Both the position numbers and the translations under genes were made by a program. The notes below the pieces were generated by a model. The model saw only the letters and a program-made list of their open reading frames with translations, searched no databases and had not been told where the DNA came from. Of a DNA stretch of 64,000 nt, positions 27,888-36,042 are shown piece after piece. Position 1 is the stretch's first letter. Each line of letters opens with the position of its first letter. The stretch spans positions 99,777 to 163,776 of the forward strand of contig JAFQQD010000031.1 in assembly GCA_017411435.1 (NCBI GenBank), written 5' to 3'. The DNA is from Clostridia bacterium. Its GTDB lineage: Bacteria > Bacillota > Clostridia > UMGS1883.

Positions 27888-29135
27888 ATGAAAAAATTAA
27901 TATCACTTATCGTAATATTTATATTATGTTTCTCAATAACTTTGGTAGCAGATGCTGCTAAGCCTATTGATATAAGAATAGGCGGAAATGTGCTTACACT
28001 GGATGTTAAGCCGATTATCGTTGAAGGAAGAACCATGCTTCCCGTAAGAGCAGTTTTTGAAGCACTTGGGGCAAAAGTTGACTATATTGCTGAAGAGCGC
28101 AAGGTTGTGGCAACAAAAAATGATACTGTCGTTGCTTTCGTTATCGACAGTAATATTATGACCATTAACGGTGAAGAAAAGATTATAGATGTTCCCGCAA
28201 TGATAAAGAATAGCCGTACCCTTGTTCCTGTCCGTGCTTGTGCAGAGGCATTTAATCTTGAAGTTGACTGGAACAATAACACCCGTACTGTAATAATCAA
28301 AAAGCCGGTAACTGTTCTTTCTGAACGCTATACCGTTGTCGACAAGGTTGTAATTACCTATGATTATGATGAAAGAGGAAATAAAATTCTTGAAGACAGA
28401 CCCGGTGTACTGAAAAAAACATATGTTTATGACGAAAACGACAATCTTATCCGCGAAGAACATTCCAACGGATTCGTAGCAACTTTCACATACGACTTTC
28501 AGGGTAAGCCCTTGACATACGAGGATACTGCCGGTGTTACAATGAAGTATCAGCATGATGAAAACGGAAACCTCATTTATTTTGAAGACAGCAATGGAAA
28601 CTGGCAGAAAGCAACTTATGGAGAAAACGGTAATATGCTTACTTATAGCGATTCCTCCGGTAACGACCAGACGCTTGTTTATGATGCAAACGGCAAACTC
28701 ATTACAAGGTCATACTCAAACGGCGCATGGGTAAGATACGGTTATGATGAAAATGGTAATCTTACTTATCAACAGGATTCTACATTTAAGTGGGTAAAAA
28801 CAATTTATAATTCAAATGGCAAAAAAGTCCGTGTTGATGATTCTGATGGCAACTGGGAAAAATACACTTACAATGAGGATAACAAACTTATAAGGCAGGA
28901 AAACTCTCTTGGTGCATGGAAGGAATACACCTACAATGAATCCGGCAAAAACACCTCTGTAACCGAATCCACAGGTGCATGGAAAAAAATAGAGTGTGAT
29001 GAACAGGGTAGGGAAATTTATTTCGAAGACAATACAGGCGCATGGAGAAAAACTTCTTATGATGAGAACGGTTTTCGTTCATACACTGAATACAGCAATG
29101 GCGCTTGGGAAAAATATATTCCTGTAATCAAATAA
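27888..29135 (+). CDS. Secreted protein with a copper-amine-oxidase N-terminal-like domain followed by YD (Rhs-type) repeats.
   Basis: 415 aa. Signal peptide. Two Cu_amine_oxidN1-like segments (RTMLPVRAVFEALGAKVDY..., RTLVPVRACAEAFNLEVDW...). Then about 12 degenerate YD repeats (YDENGNL, YGENGNML, YDANGKL, YNEDNKL...). No C-terminal toxin domain. Confidence 0.6.
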   Translation: MKKLISLIVIFILCFSITLVADAAKPIDIRIGGNVLTLDVKPIIVEGRTMLPVRAVFEALGAKVDYIAEERKVVATKNDTVVAFVIDSNIMTINGEEKIIDVPAMIKNSRTLVPVRACAEAFNLEVDWNNNTRTVIIKKPVTVLSERYTVVDKVVITYDYDERGNKILEDRPGVLKKTYVYDENDNLIREEHSNGFVATFTYDFQGKPLTYEDTAGVTMKYQHDENGNLIYFEDSNGNWQKATYGENGNMLTYSDSSGNDQTLVYDANGKLITRSYSNGAWVRYGYDENGNLTYQQDSTFKWVKTIYNSNGKKVRVDDSDGNWEKYTYNEDNKLIRQENSLGAWKEYTYNESGKNTSVTESTGAWKKIECDEQGREIYFEDNTGAWRKTSYDENGFRSYTEYSNGAWEKYIPVIK

Positions 29136-29142
29136 ATAAGTT

Positions 29143-29175
29143 AACGCACATCCTTATCCGGATGTGCGTTTTTTA
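29143..29175 (+). terminator. Intrinsic terminator downstream of the YD-repeat gene.
   Basis: aaCGCACATCCttatccGGATGTGCGtttttta. Confidence 0.8.
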
Positions 29176-29450
29176 TCGTATATGAAATCGTGTATTTTTT
29201 CGCGAGTAACATTTGCCAGCTTGAAATTTAGCCAGAACGCGAAATGGGTGAAGCAGCACGCTTCTTTTTTTATTGGTCATTTTGTTTATAATTTATATCA
29301 TATCTCTACAAATTTTGTCAAAATTTCTCTTTACTATCTACCAATATATATGGTATAATATATTGAATTATGCCGTATGCTCATTTTTGTTATATTTATA
29401 CACGGTAAAACACAATTAAAATGCGGTTTTTGAAAAGTTTCAGAATTTTT

Positions 29451-29490
29451 ATGCAAAATGCTTGCATATTTATACATTTCGAGTTATAAT
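29451..29490 (+). promoter_or_regulatory. argC promoter with an embedded ARG-box-like palindrome.
   Basis: -35 TTGCAT (29462-29467), a 17-nt spacer, then -10 TATAAT (29485-29490). The palindrome ATGCAAaatgcTTGCAT (29451-29467) overlaps the -35. The same motif lies upstream of argG. Confidence 0.55.
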
Positions 29491-29525
29491 ATTGAAAACC
29501 CTTAATTTATTGGAGAGATAAAGCT

Positions 29526-30461
29526 ATGAAAAAAGTATTCATCGATGGCAGCGCCGGAACAACGGGACTGCGCATATTGGAAAGACTTTCAAAGAGAAGT
29601 GATATTGAGCTTATAAGACTTCCCGAAGAACTTCGCAAGGACAGTGAGGCAAGAAAGAAAGCTCTTAACGAATGTGACATTGCTTTCCTTTGTCTTCCCG
29701 ATGTGGCAGCGATAGAGGCTGTTTCTATGATAGAAAATGAAAATGTGGTTGTGCTTGATACATCAACGGCTCACAGAACGAACGATGCATGGGCATACGG
29801 ATTCCCAGAACTTTCAAAAGAGCATTTTGAAAAGGTTGCCTCTGCAAAGAGGATTGCCGTACCGGGCTGTCACGCAAGCGGATTTATTGCGCTTATCTAC
29901 CCGCTCATTGAGAAAGGCATATTGGGTAAGGACGCTCTTTTGACCTGTCACAGTATTACAGGATACAGTGGCGGCGGCAAGAGTATGATTGCTCAGTACG
30001 AGGACAGCGAAAGAGATAATCTTCTTGACGCACCCCGTCAGTACGCACTCGGCCAGAAGCATAAGCATCTTCCCGAAATGGCAAAGGTCACAGGGCTTAG
30101 TAACGCTCCCGTCATCTGCCCTATCGTTTCTGATTTTTACAGCGGCATGGTTGTGACAATTCCCATATTCAAAAGTCAGCTTGAAGACGGGTTCGGTATT
30201 GAAGATATAAAAAATGCGTACAAGGAAAAATACACAGGTAAGATTGTTACATACAGTGAATCTATCAGCGAAGAAGGACTTATAAGCGCAAACGCTCTTT
30301 CTTTCAAGGACTCGATGCAGGTAACCGTTGAAGGTAACGAAGACAGAATCCTTCTTATCGCAAGATACGACAATCTCGGTAAAGGTGCGTCAGGTGCAGC
30401 ACTTGAATGTATGAACATCGTAATGGGCGAAGAGCCCGGGGCGATGCTTGACATACTGTGA
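29526..30461 (+). CDS. argC: N-acetyl-gamma-glutamyl-phosphate reductase (short 'uncommon' ArgC form).
   Basis: 311 aa. Rossmann N-terminus IDGSAGTTG and active-site Cys in VPGCHASG. It is the first gene of the arg cluster, followed by argJ. Confidence 0.8.
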   Translation: MKKVFIDGSAGTTGLRILERLSKRSDIELIRLPEELRKDSEARKKALNECDIAFLCLPDVAAIEAVSMIENENVVVLDTSTAHRTNDAWAYGFPELSKEHFEKVASAKRIAVPGCHASGFIALIYPLIEKGILGKDALLTCHSITGYSGGGKSMIAQYEDSERDNLLDAPRQYALGQKHKHLPEMAKVTGLSNAPVICPIVSDFYSGMVVTIPIFKSQLEDGFGIEDIKNAYKEKYTGKIVTYSESISEEGLISANALSFKDSMQVTVEGNEDRILLIARYDNLGKGASGAALECMNIVMGEEPGAMLDIL

Positions 30462-30477
30462 GAAAGGACTGAAACTT

Positions 30478-31701
30478 ATGTTTAATATAATTGAAGGCGG
30501 TATTTGTGCACCGCAGGGATTCAGTGCAAACGGTATCCACTGTGGAATCCGTAAGAACCGTACAAAGCGCGATATTGCACTTATTGTAAGCAGCACTCCC
30601 GCTGCTGCAGCGGCTACATACACTACAAATCTTGTTAAGGGTGCGCCCCTTACAGTTACAAAGAATAATATCGCTGACGGTTATGCAAAGGCAGTAATCT
30701 GCAACAGCGGTAATGCAAACACCTGCAACGCAGACGGAATAGAAGTTGCCGAAAAGATGTGCTCCCTTGTAGCAGATGAACTTGGTATTGACAGCAAAGA
30801 TGTTATCGTGGCATCAACGGGTGTTATAGGACAGAAGCTTGATATAGGGTCTATTGAAAATGGACTTCCCGAGCTTGTAAAAGGTCTTGGAGAGAGTGCC
30901 GAGCACAGTGACTACGCGTCCGAAGGTATTCTTACAACAGATACTGTAAAGAAGGAAATTGCAGTAGGCTTCACTCTCGGTGGTAAGGAATGTAAGATTG
31001 CAGGCATTGCCAAGGGCAGCGGTATGATTCATCCCAATATGGCTACAATGCTTGTATTCATTACAACGGATGCATCTATCTCCCCTGCTATGCTTCAGAA
31101 GGCACTTGGTGAGGATATCAAAAAGACATTCAATATGGTCAGTGTTGACGGTGATACATCCACAAACGATATGGTGTCTGTAATGGCTAACGGTCTTGCA
31201 GGAAACAAGATGATTGAATCTGATGGCGAGGATTTTGAAATCTTTGCCAAAGCACTTAATACAGTTACAGTTTACCTGTGCAAAATGATTGCAGGCGATG
31301 GCGAAGGTGCTACAAAAATGCTTGAATGCAGTGTAAGCGGCGCAAAGGATGAAAAATGTGCAAAGACAGTTGCAAAATCAGTTATCTGCTCATCACTTCT
31401 CAAGGCGGCGATGTTTGGTGCCGATGCTAACTGGGGCAGAGTACTCTGCGCAATCGGTTACAGCGGCGCGGATGTTGATGTAAATAAGATTGATGTTGCG
31501 TTCTCATCAAAAGAGGGGAAAATTGAAGTTTGTAAAAACGGCGCAGGAATTGATTTTTCCGAAGATGTTGCAAAGAAGGTACTTCTTGAGAAGGATATAA
31601 ATATTTTAATTAACCTCAATGACGGAGAGGAAACCGCTACCGCATGGGGTTGTGACCTTACATATGATTATGTGAAGATTAACGGCGACTACCGTACTTG
31701 A
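30478..31701 (+). CDS. argJ: Bifunctional glutamate N-acetyltransferase/amino-acid acetyltransferase ArgJ.
   Basis: Start at ATG 30478 (MFNIIEGGICAPQGF; RBS AAAGGA). Autoproteolytic ATML/T site (HPNMATMLVFITTDA). Confidence 0.9.
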   Translation: MFNIIEGGICAPQGFSANGIHCGIRKNRTKRDIALIVSSTPAAAAATYTTNLVKGAPLTVTKNNIADGYAKAVICNSGNANTCNADGIEVAEKMCSLVADELGIDSKDVIVASTGVIGQKLDIGSIENGLPELVKGLGESAEHSDYASEGILTTDTVKKEIAVGFTLGGKECKIAGIAKGSGMIHPNMATMLVFITTDASISPAMLQKALGEDIKKTFNMVSVDGDTSTNDMVSVMANGLAGNKMIESDGEDFEIFAKALNTVTVYLCKMIAGDGEGATKMLECSVSGAKDEKCAKTVAKSVICSSLLKAAMFGADANWGRVLCAIGYSGADVDVNKIDVAFSSKEGKIEVCKNGAGIDFSEDVAKKVLLEKDINILINLNDGEETATAWGCDLTYDYVKINGDYRT

Positions 31702-31951
31702 TGATGGGTTGCCAAAAAGCAGCACCGACTACAAAACGCAAAGAAAAATTGTATGTGTACTTTTATTAAGTCATTTATCAAAGCGTATTTGAATTTTCAA
31801 TGTAGAAATTCGCTGTGGCAAATTTCGATTTTAAGCGTTTTGTTCCGCTCAAACTTCACCCGCGGAGTATCTATATACACCTACGGGTTCAGTTTGAACG
31901 CTCTGCACTACTTTTTTACAACCCTAAACACTATACTTGGAGGATTTAACC

Positions 31952-32806
31952 ATGACAAATGCACAGAGAGCCGAAGTACTTACCCAGGCACTTCCCTACA
32001 TTCAGAAATACAATAATAAGATAATAGTTGTTAAATACGGCGGAAACGCTATGATTAATGACGAACTTAAGGATGCCGTTATGGGCGATATCGTTCTGAT
32101 GTCTCTTATCGGTATTAAAGTTGTGCTTGTGCATGGCGGCGGTCCTGAAATTACACAGATGCTTAATCAGGTCGGCAAAAAGAGTGAGTTCGTCAACGGA
32201 CTCCGTGTTACCGACAAGGAAACTGTTGACATTGTGCAGATGGTCCTTGCAGGTAAAGTTAACAAAAACCTTGTAAACCTTCTTCATCACAAGGGCGGAA
32301 ACGCCATCGGTCTGTGCGGTATTGACGGACATATGATTGAGGCGGAAGTACTTAATCCCGAGCTTGGCTATGTCGGAGAAATAACAAATGTCAATGTTGC
32401 TCCCATTATTGATGTACTTGAAAAGGGTTATATTCCTGTTATTTCAACAGTAGGATGTGACAAGGAAGGTAATGTTTATAACATCAATGCTGATACTGCG
32501 GCTGCAAAAATTGCAGGAATACTCGGCGCTGAAAGTCTTATTTCCATGACAGATATTGAGGGTATCCTTCGTGATAAGGACGACCCCTCTACTCTTATTT
32601 CCAAAATCTATACCAACGAAGCACCTGCTCTTATTGAGGAGGGTGTTATCTCCGGTGGTATGATACCAAAAGTTGAGTGCTGTATTGACGCTATCAACAG
32701 CGGTGTGAGAAAGGTATTTATAATTGACGGCAGAATCCCCCACTCCATACTTATTGAAACCCTTACCAATGAAGGTATTGGTACTATGTTTGTACGCGGG
32801 GAATGA
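31952..32806 (+). CDS. argB: Acetylglutamate kinase.
   Basis: Start at ATG 31952 (RBS GGAGGA). VVKYGGNAM...LVHGGGP motifs. Confidence 0.9.
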   Translation: MTNAQRAEVLTQALPYIQKYNNKIIVVKYGGNAMINDELKDAVMGDIVLMSLIGIKVVLVHGGGPEITQMLNQVGKKSEFVNGLRVTDKETVDIVQMVLAGKVNKNLVNLLHHKGGNAIGLCGIDGHMIEAEVLNPELGYVGEITNVNVAPIIDVLEKGYIPVISTVGCDKEGNVYNINADTAAAKIAGILGAESLISMTDIEGILRDKDDPSTLISKIYTNEAPALIEEGVISGGMIPKVECCIDAINSGVRKVFIIDGRIPHSILIETLTNEGIGTMFVRGE

Positions 32807-32886
32807 TTTTGTGTTTTCTTTACGGTGCAATCTATGAGTTTGCACCGTAATTTGGGATATATAGGTTTGAAAGAAGGACACTTAGA

Positions 32887-34050
32887 ATGAACACTTTTGA
32901 AAAAGATAAGCAATTTGTCGCTCCTACCTATGCGCGTTTTCCGCTTGAAATCACAGGCGGCAAAGGGGCAATACTTACAGGTAGCGACGGTAAAGAATAT
33001 ATTGACCTCGGAAGCGGTATCGCGGTAAACACATTCGGCGCGTGTGACGAGGAATGGGTAAATGCAGTAAAGGCGCAGCTTGATAAGTTTGCGCATACAT
33101 CAAACCTTTACTACACATCTCCCTGCGCTGACCTTGCCGAAATGTTATGCAATCGCACAGGAATGAAAAATGTATTCTTCTCAAATTCCGGTGCGGAGGC
33201 TAACGAAACTGCAATTAAGGCGGCAAGAAGATACGGCGCACTTAATAAGGGTAATGATTACTACACAATCGTAACCCTTGAAAAGAGCTTCCACGGAAGA
33301 ACGCATACAACTCTTGCGGCAACAGGTCAGGAAAATTTCCATAAGGAATTTTTACCCCTGACTGAGGGATTTGTTCACACCCCTCCCAATGATATTGAAA
33401 AGCTTCGCGAAACAGTTCAGAATAATAAATGTTGCGCGATAATGATTGAACTTGTTCAGGGCGAGGGCGGAGTAAATGCACTTGACCAAAAATTTGTTGA
33501 TGAAATTGCAAAGCTTTGCAAGGAACAGGACCTTATCCTGATTGCTGATGAGGTGCAGACAGGTAACGGCAGAACGGGTAAACTTTACGCATACATGCAC
33601 TACGGCATTACACCCGATGTTGTATCTACTGCAAAGGGACTTGGAGGCGGACTTCCGCTTGGAGCAACAATGCTTGGCGAAAAGGTAAAGGATATTTTCA
33701 CCCCCGGGCTTAACGGTTCAACATTCGGTGCAAATCCCGTTTGCTGCAGCGGTGCGATAAGTATTCTTTCCAGACTTACCGACAAATTCCTTGAGGAAGT
33801 ATCAGAAAAGGCACAACTCGTGCGCGATACCTTATCGGGTGCAGACGGAATTGAGGATATTTCGGGACTTGGCCTTATGATAGGCATTAAAACAGTAAAA
33901 GAAGCAAAGGAAGTTGTAAACTACTGTATGGAGCGCGGCGTTTTGGTCCTCACCGCAAAAGACAGAGTAAGACTTCTTCCCCCGCTTAACATAGAAAAAG
34001 AGGTGCTTTCAAAAGCGCTTGAAATCATTAAGGAGGCATGTAAATTATGA
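32887..34050 (+). CDS. argD: Acetylornithine aminotransferase (class III PLP aminotransferase).
   Basis: 387 aa. ...DEVQTG.GRTG...TAKGLGGG (PLP Lys). Confidence 0.9.
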   Translation: MNTFEKDKQFVAPTYARFPLEITGGKGAILTGSDGKEYIDLGSGIAVNTFGACDEEWVNAVKAQLDKFAHTSNLYYTSPCADLAEMLCNRTGMKNVFFSNSGAEANETAIKAARRYGALNKGNDYYTIVTLEKSFHGRTHTTLAATGQENFHKEFLPLTEGFVHTPPNDIEKLRETVQNNKCCAIMIELVQGEGGVNALDQKFVDEIAKLCKEQDLILIADEVQTGNGRTGKLYAYMHYGITPDVVSTAKGLGGGLPLGATMLGEKVKDIFTPGLNGSTFGANPVCCSGAISILSRLTDKFLEEVSEKAQLVRDTLSGADGIEDISGLGLMIGIKTVKEAKEVVNYCMERGVLVLTAKDRVRLLPPLNIEKEVLSKALEIIKEACKL

Positions 34051-34949
34051 AACACTTTCTGAAACTTGGAGATTTAAGCAAGGAAGAGATTGTAGAAATA
34101 CTTGACCTTGCGGATAAACTTAAATATGAAAAGAGAAACGGTATTGAGCACCATCTCTTGAAGGGCAAGACACTCGGTATGATTTTCCAGAAATCATCTA
34201 CAAGAACGCGTGTTTCTTTCGAGGTTGGTATGTTTGACCTTGGCGGAAGTGCTCTGTTCTTAAGTCCCAGAGATTTGCAAATAGGTCGCGGCGAGGTTGT
34301 GCAGGATACTGCACGCGTGCTTTCAAGATTCCTTGATGGTATTATGATTCGTACCTTCGAGCAAAAGGAAGTTGAAGATTTTGCCTCTTACGGCGATATC
34401 CCGATAATAAACGGTCTTACAGACTACTGTCATCCCTGTCAGGTGCTTGCAGACCTTATGACAATCCGTGAAAAGAAGGGCAATCTTGAAGGACTTAAGA
34501 TGTGCTTCGTAGGCGACGGTAACAATATGGCAAACTCACTTATCGTTGGCGGTATCAAGATGGGTATGGAAGTTTCGATTGCTTGCCCGGGCGGCTACGA
34601 GCCTGATGCTGAAATTATGAAGTGGGCAAAAGAGAATGGCAAATTCACCTGCACACCTGATATTTATGAAGCAGCAAAGGGTGCCGATGTTCTCTATACT
34701 GATGTATGGGCATCCATGGGTCAGGAAGAGGAATTCAATGAAAGAGCAAAGATATTCAAGGATTATCAGATAAATTCTGACCTTATGAAAGTTGCAAACG
34801 AGGGCGCTATGGTGCTTCACTGTCTTCCTGCACACCGCGGAGAAGAAATCACTGCAGAAATTATCGAGCAGCACGCTGACGAAATTTTCGAAGAGGCAGA
34901 AAACAGACTTCATGCACAGAAAGCCGTTATGGTTAAGTTAATGGCGTAA
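34047..34949 (+). CDS. argF: Ornithine carbamoyltransferase.
   Basis: 300 aa. Carbamoyl-phosphate site STRTRVSFE and ornithine site HCLP. The start overlaps the argD stop. Confidence 0.9.
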   Translation: MKHFLKLGDLSKEEIVEILDLADKLKYEKRNGIEHHLLKGKTLGMIFQKSSTRTRVSFEVGMFDLGGSALFLSPRDLQIGRGEVVQDTARVLSRFLDGIMIRTFEQKEVEDFASYGDIPIINGLTDYCHPCQVLADLMTIREKKGNLEGLKMCFVGDGNNMANSLIVGGIKMGMEVSIACPGGYEPDAEIMKWAKENGKFTCTPDIYEAAKGADVLYTDVWASMGQEEEFNERAKIFKDYQINSDLMKVANEGAMVLHCLPAHRGEEITAEIIEQHADEIFEEAENRLHAQKAVMVKLMA

Positions 34950-34995
34950 CTTTGTTTATAATTTTTGACTATACATTTTGGAAAGGCTTGGTTAT

Positions 34996-36042
34996 ATGAA
35001 AGCATATTTGACACTCGAAAACGGCAGTGTTTTCGAAGGCACCCTAATCGGTGCCGAGGGCGAAACTGTCGGTGAAATAGTTTTCTCAACTACTATGGGA
35101 AGTTACATTGAAGCACTGACTGACCCCGCATCTTACGGACAGATTCTCGTGCAGACTTTCCCCCTTATTGGTAACTACGGAATGATTTATTCCGATATGG
35201 AAAGCGATAAGATTCATGCAAAGGGTTATGTAGTACGCGAGATGTGTGACATCCCCTCTAACTTCCGCTGCGAGGGAACGCTTGACAGTTTCCTTAAAGA
35301 ACAGGGAATCGTGGGAATATGCGGCGTTGACACTCGTGAAATCACAAAGATTATCCGCGAGGAAGGTACAATGGCAGCACGCATCACAACAAAGGCACCC
35401 GATGGCGAAAAGATTACACTTCCTGAAATTAAGGACGCAGCAGCCGAAGTTTCCACAAAGGAAAAATATACAGTTGGCGAAGGAAAGGTTAAAATTGCAT
35501 TCCTTGACCTTGGAACAAAGAAAAGCGCAGTAAATGTACTTGCTTCGCGTGGCGCAAGTGTTGATGTGCTCCCATTTGGCACAAAGGCGGACGAGCTCTT
35601 ATCATATGACGCAATTTATCTTTCAGACGGTCCGGGAAATCCCGATGACTTAAAAGAAATTGCCGAAGAAATAAAGAAAGTTTTCGGTAAAAAGCCCATT
35701 CTTGCAACAGGGCTTGGACACCAGATACTTGCGATGGCAAACGGTGCAAAGTGCGAAAAGCTCCACCACGGACATCACGGCGCAAATCAGCCCGTAAAGC
35801 AGATTGAAAGCGGAAGAGTCTATATCACTCTTCAGAATCATAACTTTGCGGTATCGAGCGACTCTCTCCCCGACTTTGCCAAGGTTACTTATGAAAACCT
35901 TAACGATAAGAGTGTTGAGGGTATTGAATACATCGGTAAGGATGCTCTCTCCCTTCAGTTTGCTCTTATTGAGGGCGAGGGTCCTAACGAAACAGGTTTT
36001 CTTTATAACAAATATTTTGAAATGATTGGAGGTAAGCACTGA
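34996..36042 (+). CDS. carA: Carbamoyl-phosphate synthase small (glutamine amidotransferase) subunit.
   Basis: Start at ATG 34996 (RBS GGAAAGG). N-terminal CPSase small-chain domain and GATase triad region (...GHQIL..., H.GHHG). Confidence 0.85.
   Translation: MKAYLTLENGSVFEGTLIGAEGETVGEIVFSTTMGSYIEALTDPASYGQILVQTFPLIGNYGMIYSDMESDKIHAKGYVVREMCDIPSNFRCEGTLDSFLKEQGIVGICGVDTREITKIIREEGTMAARITTKAPDGEKITLPEIKDAAAEVSTKEKYTVGEGKVKIAFLDLGTKKSAVNVLASRGASVDVLPFGTKADELLSYDAIYLSDGPGNPDDLKEIAEEIKKVFGKKPILATGLGHQILAMANGAKCEKLHHGHHGANQPVKQIESGRVYITLQNHNFAVSSDSLPDFAKVTYENLNDKSVEGIEYIGKDALSLQFALIEGEGPNETGFLYNKYFEMIGGKH

Noticed and set aside
29164-29358. 64-aa ORF and a small hairpin+T7 (about 29245-29270) in the long spacer upstream of argC.
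   Set aside because: The ORF has no RBS and is AT-rich and low-complexity. The hairpin is only 5 bp. Most likely it is non-coding spacer. A small RNA cannot be excluded, but the evidence is weak.
29345-29364. Identical 20-mer TATATATGGTATAATATATT at 29345-29364 and 49034-49054. A related TGGTATAAT occurs at 594-602. Considered as a repeat or insertion remnant.
   Set aside because: The shared sequence is essentially an extended -10 promoter (TGnTATAAT) embedded in AT-rich DNA. Chance identity over 20 nt of AT-only sequence is plausible. It is interpreted as promoter cores, not a repeat family.
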